Virus record (IMG/VR): IMGVR_UViG_3300009512_000010
Span: 64,001-128,000 of that record
Strand: one strand, 5' to 3'
Source: a virus
DNA: 64,000 nucleotides
The notes under the pieces are model-generated. The model saw only the letters and a list, made by a program, of their open reading frames with translations. It did no database searches and was not told where the DNA came from. Positions 45,970 to 55,588 of this stretch are shown piece by piece; positions within the stretch are counted from its first letter, which is position 1, and every line of letters starts with the position of its first letter. Position numbers and translations under genes: made by a program.

Positions 45970-46735
45970 CGCTCGTTATTTCCTCATAATTATAAGTCTT
46001 AGTAAATCCGTAGTCAGAATCATACATTGGTATTATTGTGGGGGTTGTCGTTGTCGTAAGTACCTTAGTACCCTTTTCGAGTTCGTATTCCATGATAGAC
46101 TTAGTAATGACTTCGCCATCATCGATTGCACCTGTGAAGCTAGTCTTAACTTCAAAGTCCATTACATATTGTACTGACTGTCTTTGTTCTTGTTGACCCT
46201 CACCCTCATTGACAAACGCCACTGATTGTAGTGTAATTGGAACATCTTCTTTGATATCTGGATAGTCTTTGTACGGTCTCATAGTCACAGTGTATTGTGG
46301 TGCAAAGGTTGGTATGATCTGTTCTACAATTTGTAGAGCATCATCCTGATTATTTGCATAGATCCCAAGAGAAAATGTTACAATGTAGGGAACTGATTGT
46401 TTTACTTTGGCACGTTTACTGTTGTCGTTTACTGTCGCTTGTTGAAGTCTAGCGTTAGTCTTAGACAACTGTCGTGTCGCATCATATGCCATTGAAGTCA
46501 TCTCAAAGGTCATGCGTGGCAACTTTATAGCAACTGAATCGTCAACACCAAATTCGCCCACCTGTTGTAACCTAAGAAGAAACTTAGATCTAGGAGAGTA
46601 TGCCAAAGGAACACGAATTGTGCTTAACACTTTGCCGTTCTTGTCCGTTCTCATTACATGGATCTTTGTAAAGAGCGAACCGAATATAGCTACTGTTTTA
46701 CGTAGTCTCTCGTGATAAAAGTAATCATTAAACAT
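45959..46735 (-). CDS. 15: Tail sheath stabilizer/completion protein gp15
   Basis: YFYHE, FGSLF, VPLAYSP, LPRMTFE, QIVEQIIP. Confidence 0.92.
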   Translation of the reverse strand: MFNDYFYHERLRKTVAIFGSLFTKIHVMRTDKNGKVLSTIRVPLAYSPRSKFLLRLQQVGEFGVDDSVAIKLPRMTFEMTSMAYDATRQLSKTNARLQQATVNDNSKRAKVKQSVPYIVTFSLGIYANNQDDALQIVEQIIPTFAPQYTVTMRPYKDYPDIKEDVPITLQSVAFVNEGEGQQEQRQSVQYVMDFEVKTSFTGAIDDGEVITKSIMEYELEKGTKVLTTTTTPTIIPMYDSDYGFTKTYNYEEITSDDG

Positions 46736-47547
46736 TAGCTTGAAAGTCCTGTGCTTTTACTGATTTCGCCAAATGGATTGCCTTCACTAAAGTCTAGGAA
46801 GTCCTCTATCTCAGTAGCAAATTCGAAGTTCTGTTGATCTACAGTATCTTTCTGCGTAGAGCTAACAATCTTAGCAGTAGCACCTGAGTTTTGCCCAGTG
46901 AGATACTTGCCAGTCGATGGTAGTGCGAATGATCCCAAGTTGTTTGCCGAACCAACATGAATAAGCGATAAGATTTCGCTACTATCATTGTATGCCGCAA
47001 CTTCGGCTGTCAAAACACCACCGTCTGATGCGCTGTCTTGGTTAACATATTCGCCAACAAGAAACGGTTGGAATAGCTGTGGATCTGATATTAGAATAGA
47101 TGGTGGGGAAGTATAGAAATCTCCACTGTCCACAATTGTTATTGAAGTAAGTTTACTAGTAGCACTGTCTAGATTTGGGTATCCAACTGCAATAAAGTCA
47201 GTCGCATTCTTACTTGGACCTAAAATCGTAACAGCAGGTACAGATTGATATCCTTGACCACTATCCGTTAGAGTAACCGAGTTAACTCTTCCGTTTAGAA
47301 CTGTTGCAGTTGCAGTTGCCGTAGTGCCAACACTAGATGCAATTGTAATAGTAGGAGTAGATCCATCCTCATAGTAGCTTCCGCCACTATCGATGTTAAT
47401 TTGGTTAAGACTGCCACTATTCAAAATAGCGATTAGTCTTGCTGGTTTCTTGGCTGTTGTGGGTGCCGAAAAGGTTATGGAAGGAACTGTTGTGTATAGA
47501 TCACCACTGTCAGTAAGAGTAATGCTTGTGATACCTTGTAATGACAT
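46735..47547 (-). CDS. Repeat-containing virion protein carrying a gp14-type C-terminus
   Basis: Four ~37-aa repeats (TLTDSG-x-x-Y...P-x-ITI); ends LDFSEGNPFGE. Confidence 0.7.
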   Translation of the reverse strand: MSLQGITSITLTDSGDLYTTVPSITFSAPTTAKKPARLIAILNSGSLNQINIDSGGSYYEDGSTPTITIASSVGTTATATATVLNGRVNSVTLTDSGQGYQSVPAVTILGPSKNATDFIAVGYPNLDSATSKLTSITIVDSGDFYTSPPSILISDPQLFQPFLVGEYVNQDSASDGGVLTAEVAAYNDSSEILSLIHVGSANNLGSFALPSTGKYLTGQNSGATAKIVSSTQKDTVDQQNFEFATEIEDFLDFSEGNPFGEISKSTGLSS

Positions 47548-48140
47548 TATGAAATACTCGCTGTTGCTGTTGCGGTCTTACCACGATTAACTTTAATGTC
47601 ATATCTATAGGCATTATCAATCTCAATTTGATCGATATTCGCATTACCTGTATCAATATCTTCGTCATTGTATTCAAACAATTCACAACGGATCTTATAT
47701 GTTGGTAGGTTGTTTAGCTGATAGAAAGGCTGTTCGTGCTCAACGTGCACGATCTGAAACAGTTTGCCTGCAAATGGGGTGTAAATAAGATCGCCTTCTG
47801 CTGGCCTATCTGTCTTAATCTCGTTATCAAACTTACGTACTGTTTGGTTCCAACGCCTTTTGGCTACGACAAGTGTTACACTGTCTCTGATCTCTACACC
47901 AAACTTACTGAATAAGTCGCCTTCACCGTCAAACCCATCATTGTTCTCCACATACATCTCAAGTCTGTAACTAGAGTTGAATGAGGATACTGGATCTTCT
48001 TTAAACACATCATCTACGTTCACTAGATCACGTGGCATGTAATACATGTCCTGACCATAGATCCGCAATGCTTCGATTGTTAGATCTTCGTAAAGAAGTT
48101 GTTCTGACTTATGACCATCTGAAAAGTATAAATTGCGCAT
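47547..48140 (-). CDS. 14: Neck protein gp14 (N-terminal portion)
   Basis: EQLLYEDL..EALRIYGQDMYYMPR, GDLFSKFG, RPAEGDLIY, CELFEY. Confidence 0.9.
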   Translation of the reverse strand: MRNLYFSDGHKSEQLLYEDLTIEALRIYGQDMYYMPRDLVNVDDVFKEDPVSSFNSSYRLEMYVENNDGFDGEGDLFSKFGVEIRDSVTLVVAKRRWNQTVRKFDNEIKTDRPAEGDLIYTPFAGKLFQIVHVEHEQPFYQLNNLPTYKIRCELFEYNDEDIDTGNANIDQIEIDNAYRYDIKVNRGKTATATASIS

Positions 48141-48141
48141 A

Positions 48142-48894
48142 TTAACCTACAAAGAATTCTACAGGGAGTTCATGCTCTAGTCTCATATCCTCTTCGAGTT
48201 TCAATACTTCTGCGTTTGCGGCCTCTAGTATAGCCAAGCCATTCATCGTCACACCACCAGGCAATTGCATACCTTCAAACTTACTAAGGTTTTGCCCCCA
48301 TTGTTGCTTGACCAATGCAGTAAAGTATGCCTTAACAAACCTGTCGTTATACACTGATGTGTTTGCTACAGGATCTACAAGTTGAGTGCCTTCTACAATA
48401 ATGTATTGGCCTTCTTTAATATCTTGTGTTTCAAACTCGCCATGAATGTATAGCTTACTTTCGTATTGAGAGTAATTAACCTGTGGCATTCCGTTTAGTG
48501 TTTGGTCAATCATAGCAATGTGCTGTTGCATCATTGTATAATATGCCATGTCTCCCATGAACTTACCCATGACTGCAAGATCGTTCAACCTAAGCTGATA
48601 GCCCAAAGAGAACATTCCGCTAGAAGAAGCCCCACCATTGATTGGAAGGACTCTTTTCACAAATAGATAGTCGGATGGGATAGGGATATATTTGTTAGTG
48701 ACATCATCTGCCGTAATAAGATACTTTAGATAGACTGTCTTAGTCGCATCAGAATGGTACTCTTGAAAGTATTCAAGAGCTTCGTCCAATCTGTCTTCTA
48801 CTTGATCCTCATCAACATTAATTTCGAGAACAGGCTCACCCAATCTTCGCTTTGCATAGTCAATTAATGTCGATCTTGAATTCGGTTTTGCCAT
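48142..48894 (-). CDS. 13: Neck protein gp13
   Basis: RRLGEPVLEINVDEDQ, KQQWGQNLSKFEGMQLPGGVTMNG. Confidence 0.94.
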   Translation of the reverse strand: MAKPNSRSTLIDYAKRRLGEPVLEINVDEDQVEDRLDEALEYFQEYHSDATKTVYLKYLITADDVTNKYIPIPSDYLFVKRVLPINGGASSSGMFSLGYQLRLNDLAVMGKFMGDMAYYTMMQQHIAMIDQTLNGMPQVNYSQYESKLYIHGEFETQDIKEGQYIIVEGTQLVDPVANTSVYNDRFVKAYFTALVKQQWGQNLSKFEGMQLPGGVTMNGLAILEAANAEVLKLEEDMRLEHELPVEFFVG

Positions 48895-48925
48895 CTAACT
48901 CGTCCCATGTGTAATCCGTTACTTC

Positions 48926-48933
48926 TATTTATA
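48926..48933 (-). promoter_or_regulatory. T4 late promoter upstream of gp13
   Basis: TATAAATA. Confidence 0.75.
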
Positions 48934-50862
48934 CTAATTTATATCCCCAGGGTAGCGTTGTGTCCACATTGTAAAGCTATATTTCGTTCCCGAAACAAGT
49001 TCTGTACACTCATGACCGTGTGTGACCATGCCCGGAAACAGAATCATCTTACCACAAGGCACATCATCGTTGTTAACACCCTGTCTTGGGTAGATCAAAG
49101 ACGCACCTTTATAGTCATCATTGAGCTTAACGGATCCTGTAACAAGAGAGGCATCATTGTGCAAAGGCAAACTCTTTTGAGTGTCCACCGAATATCGCAT
49201 AACGAATGCATCACGCATACCATACATTTCAATAGGGTGCCAAAGCTTCTCTACGATTGGTACGATATGTTCTTTCCAATGGGTTTCTAGCTCATTCCAC
49301 AATCCTAGTTCTTTGACACGGATCTCATATGCTGGAAACTTATCTTCTGGCATAGGTGCCCACTTGCCGTGGTTATCACCCATTTCAATCAAACGATCAC
49401 ACTGGCTTTGTGTCATGAAGTCCACAACCATCATGTCCTTTTCAAGCATGTCAACCTTACCGTGATGGGGGATGAACATCGGAGACTGTGGAGTTGTTCC
49501 TAAAGCGGTTTTAGGTTTAGGCAATGCCTTTGTGTATTTGGTGTGCACTTGGCTCCATAGGTTATCAAACTTTACTTTAGCCTCAAACCCACCGTTACCA
49601 TGATATAGACAAGGAACAGTATTCGTGATTGGGTTCCATAGCTCATTACCTACGTCTACTTCTGGCTCGTGCGTTTGGAAGATATATTGTTCATAGTCCA
49701 ACCCTACAGAGAATTTAGTAGTATCGTTTAGCCAGACACGTTGCATGTATAGCTGATCGTCATCATCATCGTTAAGTCGTTCTCCAAAGAAGTCTTTTAA
49801 TGCACCAACCCTACCAATGTATTGTCCACTGTTGAGGTATTTGTAATGAAAGAGGTTGGGTTCTGGATGTAGGCTTTGCATGCTCTCGTCAGGCCAACAG
49901 CTTGCTTCTGCCCCGAATAGGATCTCTACAGAAGCGTCCATATACCGTTTAACGATTTCTTGTAGATTATTTGTAAAGAATACGTCATATGCATCTGTGA
50001 ATAGAAGAATATCGTTTTCGGGCAAGGTGTCGAGATAGTCTCGCACCAAGTTAACTTTATGTCCACCACCAGGGCCTTGCATGTCTGTACCAGCCCAATC
50101 GACATTAGTGCCCAAGTTCTTAACATCAAATCCCATTAGTGCCGCACTGTCATTCAATGCTACACACTTAGATCTATCCGTACCAACCGTAACCGCATGA
50201 ACATTGAAGTTTTGGAACCAATCGTCATGGCTTTGTGGCTCAATGTCAGATCCAAGAGCTTCTCTACTAATCTGTGTCGCAATCTCTACTTTGAGTGCTT
50301 GTACGTTATGTGTCTTTACCTTCTGAGCCAAGACCTCATCTACAGGGATGATCTTTCTGTGGAAACCACTATTAATAAGATCATGCGCCATTTTAACAGT
50401 TAGCATATATGCATGACCATTGTATGGATAGCAAGGCTTAACTAGGTGTTGATTGCCACCTTCTGTGACACCAGTTTCGTTATTCTCGTTGTGACCCAAA
50501 TATAGTAGATCGATATTATGCTCATCCATCCACTCGTGGTATTCGTTCTCTTTCCACTTAAATCTGTCGATCTTAACATCATCTTCGAAGATGATTGTAG
50601 TCTCGTTTAGTTCAACTACTTTCTGCCACGCCTGATAGTGTGATAGGAAGCAACCAACCTCACCCTTTGTAATTCTACGGTTCTTGAATGGATCACGCCA
50701 TTTGTGATTAACACCAAATTCATTGTCTACCATACGTTGGTGATCAATGTCATGACCATCAATAGCAAATACGAATTGATAATCTTCCAACCAACCACAT
50801 TCACCCATAAAGGATCTTTTTCTGTCAGTTCTTCGATTTAGATTAATAACTAGCTTGTGCAT
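48934..50862 (-). CDS. Tri-domain protein: GT25 (COLGALT-like) + PLOD-type glycosyltransferase + 2OG-Fe(II) lysyl-hydroxylase-like
   Basis: GT25: INLNRRTDRK, KGEVGCFLSH, FEDD. PLOD-GT: GGGHKV, FTDAYDV, AEASCWPD, YLNSG, DDDDDQLY, HGNG. Hydroxylase: FVMRY...LHND...THGHE...GTKY. Confidence 0.85.
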   Translation of the reverse strand: MHKLVINLNRRTDRKRSFMGECGWLEDYQFVFAIDGHDIDHQRMVDNEFGVNHKWRDPFKNRRITKGEVGCFLSHYQAWQKVVELNETTIIFEDDVKIDRFKWKENEYHEWMDEHNIDLLYLGHNENNETGVTEGGNQHLVKPCYPYNGHAYMLTVKMAHDLINSGFHRKIIPVDEVLAQKVKTHNVQALKVEIATQISREALGSDIEPQSHDDWFQNFNVHAVTVGTDRSKCVALNDSAALMGFDVKNLGTNVDWAGTDMQGPGGGHKVNLVRDYLDTLPENDILLFTDAYDVFFTNNLQEIVKRYMDASVEILFGAEASCWPDESMQSLHPEPNLFHYKYLNSGQYIGRVGALKDFFGERLNDDDDDQLYMQRVWLNDTTKFSVGLDYEQYIFQTHEPEVDVGNELWNPITNTVPCLYHGNGGFEAKVKFDNLWSQVHTKYTKALPKPKTALGTTPQSPMFIPHHGKVDMLEKDMMVVDFMTQSQCDRLIEMGDNHGKWAPMPEDKFPAYEIRVKELGLWNELETHWKEHIVPIVEKLWHPIEMYGMRDAFVMRYSVDTQKSLPLHNDASLVTGSVKLNDDYKGASLIYPRQGVNNDDVPCGKMILFPGMVTHGHECTELVSGTKYSFTMWTQRYPGDIN

Positions 50863-50887
50863 AATGATTCCTTTTCAGTGTTATATA

Positions 50888-51448
50888 TTAGTCTCTGTAG
50901 AGATACAAATCAACAGGGACGCAGATCCGTAGTTCGGAGTAGTAAGGGTTGACGTGGTGATAAGCGAAACTTGGGAAGATCAAGAAGTCTCCTGTCTCAG
51001 GTTGATGATGATGTCTGTTAAACATTGGATTGAAATATTCGTCATACCCCCGATTGGCATTAGATCTAGGATCGTGTAGCACCAAGTCGCCGCCCGAATT
51101 TTGATCTTCTGCTAGTATATAGAACACGCCAGATAAGTGTGCTCCCGAATGATTGTGAATAGTCATTGAATAGTCTTTACCGTGACCAGTGATCCAACCC
51201 TTTAGCTTGTAGTTGTCCCAATCCTCAATAGAGCAATCAATAGTACTCTTTAGGTAGTCATTAAAAGCACTCTTAACAGTACTATTAAAGGCACTCATAA
51301 CAGCACTCTTATCATCCAATATGTTATATCCACCCAAATCGCTAGGTGGTTCGTTTAGATTGTATGTGCTAAATATATGTTCCACTAAACCAGTGGTGTC
51401 GAACTTTCCTTGACCCATCTGTGTAGGCCATAGATTATGGATATCCAT
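50888..51448 (-). CDS. 2OG-Fe(II) oxygenase
   Basis: HNHSGAHLSGVFY, GGDLVLHDPR, LIFPSFAYHHV, R-I. Confidence 0.85.
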   Translation of the reverse strand: MDIHNLWPTQMGQGKFDTTGLVEHIFSTYNLNEPPSDLGGYNILDDKSAVMSAFNSTVKSAFNDYLKSTIDCSIEDWDNYKLKGWITGHGKDYSMTIHNHSGAHLSGVFYILAEDQNSGGDLVLHDPRSNANRGYDEYFNPMFNRHHHQPETGDFLIFPSFAYHHVNPYYSELRICVPVDLYLYRD

Positions 51449-51499
51449 CTCACTTCTTTCATCATGTTAATATACATCTATATATACTAGTAATAACAC

Positions 51500-51528
51500 T
51501 TGACTCTATGTTTCGGGTATGCTAGAAA
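51500..51528 (+). promoter_or_regulatory. Sigma70-type promoter heading the plus-strand rSAM operon
   Basis: TTGACT-17-TAGAAA with TG extended -10. Confidence 0.55.
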
Positions 51529-51540
51529 TAGGTATAACAA

Positions 51541-51843
51541 ATGAAAAGAGAGAATCACATGACTATGATGAACACAGTACTTGACCAAATCAATCGTATG
51601 GACGCTTCAGAAATCAACCGTGTAGTTGAAGCGATCAAATCTCGCCGCAACTCACTGTCTTATGCCACAAACGCTACCTTGCGTGTTGGCGATATTGTCT
51701 CTTGGATGCGCCGTGATGGAAGCACTGTAACAGGATCTGTTAAGAAAGTTAATCAGAAAACAGTTATAGTAAATGAACGTAATAACCCCAATGTTTGGAA
51801 AGTATCTTCAAGCATGCTTACTCCACTGTCTATAGGTGGATAA
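51541..51843 (+). CDS. Small hypothetical protein (SH3/KOW-like beta C-terminus)
   Basis: LRVGDIVSW...VTGSVKKVNQKTVIV...WKV; start probably 51559. Confidence 0.65.
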   Translation: MKRENHMTMMNTVLDQINRMDASEINRVVEAIKSRRNSLSYATNATLRVGDIVSWMRRDGSTVTGSVKKVNQKTVIVNERNNPNVWKVSSSMLTPLSIGG

Positions 51844-52307
51844 TGACATTTGACGAATTCTTCGACTTCTTGATGAGTGAAGAATGTTTTAATGACTGTT
51901 CGGTCTCCTTTATTAACAATAGAGGAGAACAACAGTACATAGAGCATGACGATTTATTTGCATATAGGGGCAAGGTGGTTGATCTTTGGTTTAGTGGAGA
52001 TGATACGATTAAGGTAGAGGGATATGAACGTATCCAACCTTATGATGGGACTATCCATATATTCTATGCTCCTACAAATGCTCCTTCATTTCCTGTACAT
52101 ACAGATCCTATAGATATCTATATCGAATGCCTTGATGGGCGTAAGATAATGGAAATTGACGACCAATACGTGATGATAGAAAAGGGAACGAAGATCTTTA
52201 TTCCCGCAGACACACCACACGTTGCGCTCAACTCAGAGAAAGCATTGACATTAAGCTATGGCATTAACGACACAAACACATTCGGTAATCTACGTAAAGA
52301 CTACTGA
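51843..52307 (+). CDS. JmjC/cupin-like Fe(II) oxygenase
   Basis: SFPVHTDP (HxD), LDGRK, FIPADTPHVA; TAATG-coupled start at 51843. Confidence 0.7.
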   Translation: MTFDEFFDFLMSEECFNDCSVSFINNRGEQQYIEHDDLFAYRGKVVDLWFSGDDTIKVEGYERIQPYDGTIHIFYAPTNAPSFPVHTDPIDIYIECLDGRKIMEIDDQYVMIEKGTKIFIPADTPHVALNSEKALTLSYGINDTNTFGNLRKDY

Positions 52308-53289
52308 AACTTGTAATCTTAATTGCAGTCACTGTTTTACTTCTGGTATGAATGGGCGTAAGATCTATTTTGATCACGTGAAGACCGCAAATTGGTGTAA
52401 CGAACTCGACACTGGCTCTAACCAGATCCATTTAGAGTACCATGGTGGTGAGCCTATGCTTGCGCCCATGGCACACCTACGAGAATTCCATGACATCACT
52501 AAAGCTCAATGGGGTGATCGTGCAACTCATGGTATCACAACAAATCTTGTGTTTAAGCTTACCGAAGAGAAACTTGCATTCTTTAGTGAAATCATTACAG
52601 GTGGTAACATCGGCACCTCATGGGATCCTAATATTCGTTTTACTAACGAACATCAAAGGAAGATGTGGGAAAATAATGTTAAGCAGTTGACAGGACTTGG
52701 GCATAGTGTCAAGTGCTTTATCTCTGTATCTAAGGATGTTATTAAACTACAACCGTTGGAGATTGCTGATTATATGGAGTCTCTTGGTGTTGCTGAGATC
52801 TCTTATGAACGACTTACCCATGATGGTAATGCCACAATCAATACGGACATCTTTCCTCATAACTCTGAACTAGATGCTTGGTGGATGCTGATGCATGAAC
52901 AAACTCAAGATCACCCTGTAGAAAACGGCTTTATGGGATCCATCTACGACAAGTTCAACAAAGGGCAGTTCCAGATCGGCACATTCTGTCGTGATTGCGA
53001 ACAAAAGATCCACACTATTAATGCAGACGGTACTGTCGCAGGCTGTCCTAACACCGCACCAACCATGCATTATGGTCATATAGATACACCAGCAAAGGAA
53101 GTAAGATTAAGTCCTAAGCGTATGGAGATCATATCTTGTGAACAGCATGAACGTGATGAACGGTGTTACAAATGTCCAGTCTTTATGTATTGCCATTCTG
53201 ACTGTCATCAGTTACAATGGATGGATGATGTGTGCCCTGCGCCTAAAACATTGATGATGAAGTTAGCGAAAGAGAAGAAATGGATTTAA
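52258..53289 (+). CDS. Radical SAM/SPASM protein
   Basis: CNLNCSHC, HGGEP; SPASM-like C...G-x4-CP...CYKC-x5-C-x3-C...C. Confidence 0.92.
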   Translation: MALTTQTHSVIYVKTTETCNLNCSHCFTSGMNGRKIYFDHVKTANWCNELDTGSNQIHLEYHGGEPMLAPMAHLREFHDITKAQWGDRATHGITTNLVFKLTEEKLAFFSEIITGGNIGTSWDPNIRFTNEHQRKMWENNVKQLTGLGHSVKCFISVSKDVIKLQPLEIADYMESLGVAEISYERLTHDGNATINTDIFPHNSELDAWWMLMHEQTQDHPVENGFMGSIYDKFNKGQFQIGTFCRDCEQKIHTINADGTVAGCPNTAPTMHYGHIDTPAKEVRLSPKRMEIISCEQHERDERCYKCPVFMYCHSDCHQLQWMDDVCPAPKTLMMKLAKEKKWI

Positions 53290-54317
53290 TCGTAAAGCCA
53301 ACCGAAGCGTGTAACTTCAAGTGTACATTTTGCTCGTCAACAGATATCGATCCCAATGAGGTTGGTCTGTTAGACTTGAGCTATATCTATAGGTTCTTAG
53401 AAAGGTTTCCAGAGACTAACACAATTATTGTTAATGGTGGTGACCCTCTTATGGTCAAGCCACAGTATTATCAAGATCTAATTGACCACCTTAATGAGCA
53501 TGATTACCCAGCAAGCATTAGCTTTACGTCCAACCTTTGGCCTTTCCTAATGAAACCTAAGAAGTGGTTACCCATCTTTCAGAACGAACGATTTGGTTGT
53601 GCCACATCATTTCAGTATGGTGGCGGTAGACTAAAAGGCGATTATTCAGAGTTCACAGAGGCAGACTTTTGGATGGTGTCTAATGCCATGTTGAAGCATA
53701 CAGGTGAACGTCCAGATTTTATCGCAGTTATTACAGAAGAGAATGAGCATCTCGCCATTAAGAATGTAGAACTAGCAAAAGAGATGGGCGTCGAGTGTAA
53801 GTTGAACTATGCTATGGCTTCTGGTGTACAGGGATCTACGTATCAATTAAGCAAGATCTACGAAACATATCTTGAGATTTATGACCGTGGTCTAGCCGAT
53901 CATGAGTTCAACACTAAGCAAATGATGAAACGTCTTGGGGGATCTTCTACATCATGCCCACAGAATAGAGCGTGTGATGAAGGTATCCGTGCATTTAACC
54001 CAGGAGGTGATTACTACTCTTGTGGTTCATTTGCAGATGATATGGATTATCCTATCGACTTCGAAACTGAGATGGCAGGAAAGTTGCAAACACCACTGCA
54101 ACACGACCCCAACATTCAGACAATGAAGATGGCTTGTTACACATGCCCTATGTTTGAAATCTGCAATGGTTGTAAGAAAACTGTGCGTGATATGAAACGT
54201 GAAGGTACTGTTGAAGGTCATTGTAGGCAGATGAAAGCATTGGCACCTCGTATCCTTGCTACCAATAATATGAGTCCTGATGGAGTGACGCCCTATGTCG
54301 ATGAATCTATCAATTAA
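53280..54317 (+). CDS. Radical SAM/SPASM protein
   Basis: KPTEACNFKCTFC, NGGDP; C...GDYYSC...CYTC-x5-CNGC...C. Confidence 0.92.
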   Translation: MDLIVKPTEACNFKCTFCSSTDIDPNEVGLLDLSYIYRFLERFPETNTIIVNGGDPLMVKPQYYQDLIDHLNEHDYPASISFTSNLWPFLMKPKKWLPIFQNERFGCATSFQYGGGRLKGDYSEFTEADFWMVSNAMLKHTGERPDFIAVITEENEHLAIKNVELAKEMGVECKLNYAMASGVQGSTYQLSKIYETYLEIYDRGLADHEFNTKQMMKRLGGSSTSCPQNRACDEGIRAFNPGGDYYSCGSFADDMDYPIDFETEMAGKLQTPLQHDPNIQTMKMACYTCPMFEICNGCKKTVRDMKREGTVEGHCRQMKALAPRILATNNMSPDGVTPYVDESIN

Positions 54318-55224
54318 CCCAACTTACTATTGTAACTTCTCTTGCGACTTTTGTTACTTGACAAAGCAACAGTTAAATGATAGACACAAGATAAACCCAA
54401 TGTGGTTACAACATTCTATGGGTCAAATAACAGATCCTATAACTCATGTTGATTTATATGGCGGTGAGATTGGATTACTAACACCAGAGTATTATTATTC
54501 GATCAAAGAGGTGATTAGGAGATACTATGGTGGTAGTATCCACATCAACACAAATCTGTCAGCATTTCCAGACTTCTTCCGTGATGATGATGTTACCCTA
54601 TCGGTATCTTATGACTTCCACGCAAGAGAGAAAGAACAGTTTGTTCTAAATAACATGATGAATGCTAATAAGGATCTTGCTGTCCTTATCCTTGCATCGC
54701 CTAAAGTATTGAAGATGGATGTGGAGTTTATGATCTTCACTCTTAACATGGTTTCTAATGTCAAGTCGGTAGAGATCAAGCCTTACTCTATCAACCAAGC
54801 CAATGCATTTGATGTTACTCATAAAGACTTTGAGGACTTCGTTATTAGGTTTGATGAGGCTAAGACTAAGAAGAACTTTGACTTCCAAAACATACACAAC
54901 ATTTATAGAAGTATAGATAAAGAGTACAATGCCTTTTCCAATGACCACGTCTATATCACACCATCTGGTAAGTTTGGCGTATTGGAGTTTGATAAGCATG
55001 ATAAAGAGTACTTCAAGGAGTATAGCACATATTATGAATATAAACAATGGGCAGATAACGAAGCTGTTGATAATCTTAGCGACATTTGTCGTAGCTGTAC
55101 CTATTTCGGTACATGTCTTACCGAGCACTATCGGTACGTATTGGATTTAGACAACAGTTGCAATGGATATAAAGGATTACTAGATTACTATGGAAAATTG
55201 GAAAGCGAGACAGAAGGCGTATAA
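54295..55224 (+). CDS. Radical SAM protein with reduced SPASM-like tail
   Basis: CNFSCDFC, YGGEI, CRSC-x5-C...C. Confidence 0.88.
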   Translation: MSMNLSINPTYYCNFSCDFCYLTKQQLNDRHKINPMWLQHSMGQITDPITHVDLYGGEIGLLTPEYYYSIKEVIRRYYGGSIHINTNLSAFPDFFRDDDVTLSVSYDFHAREKEQFVLNNMMNANKDLAVLILASPKVLKMDVEFMIFTLNMVSNVKSVEIKPYSINQANAFDVTHKDFEDFVIRFDEAKTKKNFDFQNIHNIYRSIDKEYNAFSNDHVYITPSGKFGVLEFDKHDKEYFKEYSTYYEYKQWADNEAVDNLSDICRSCTYFGTCLTEHYRYVLDLDNSCNGYKGLLDYYGKLESETEGV

Positions 55225-55588
55225 TCATATGACAACAAACCACCGTGACGATTTGACGGATGTTGATGTATTGAATAGGCCAGAATTTATTGTAGAAGAT
55301 GCTTTGATGCACTTCGATAAGAGAGTGGATCAGTGGATCTACCCAGCGAAGTCGTTCTTCGTTGCAATCTGCTATGCCAATTGGATAGCCGAAGACTTTG
55401 GTGAGCAGTTCTATGATGTACTAAACTATAACGAATTACTACCAGACGATCCACACTTCCTACCATATGAGAGAAGTAAAGAGATCTATGATGAGATCCT
55501 TTCTAAAGTTAATTTTGATAATACTAATGGTATGGTTCCAGATGTCTATGAGTATTACCAAGAGGAATTCATGATTGGACAACTTTGA
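55190..55588 (+). CDS. Hypothetical protein in the rSAM operon
   Basis: 132 aa, overlaps both flanking rSAM genes. Confidence 0.7.
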   Translation: MENWKARQKAYNHMTTNHRDDLTDVDVLNRPEFIVEDALMHFDKRVDQWIYPAKSFFVAICYANWIAEDFGEQFYDVLNYNELLPDDPHFLPYERSKEIYDEILSKVNFDNTNGMVPDVYEYYQEEFMIGQL

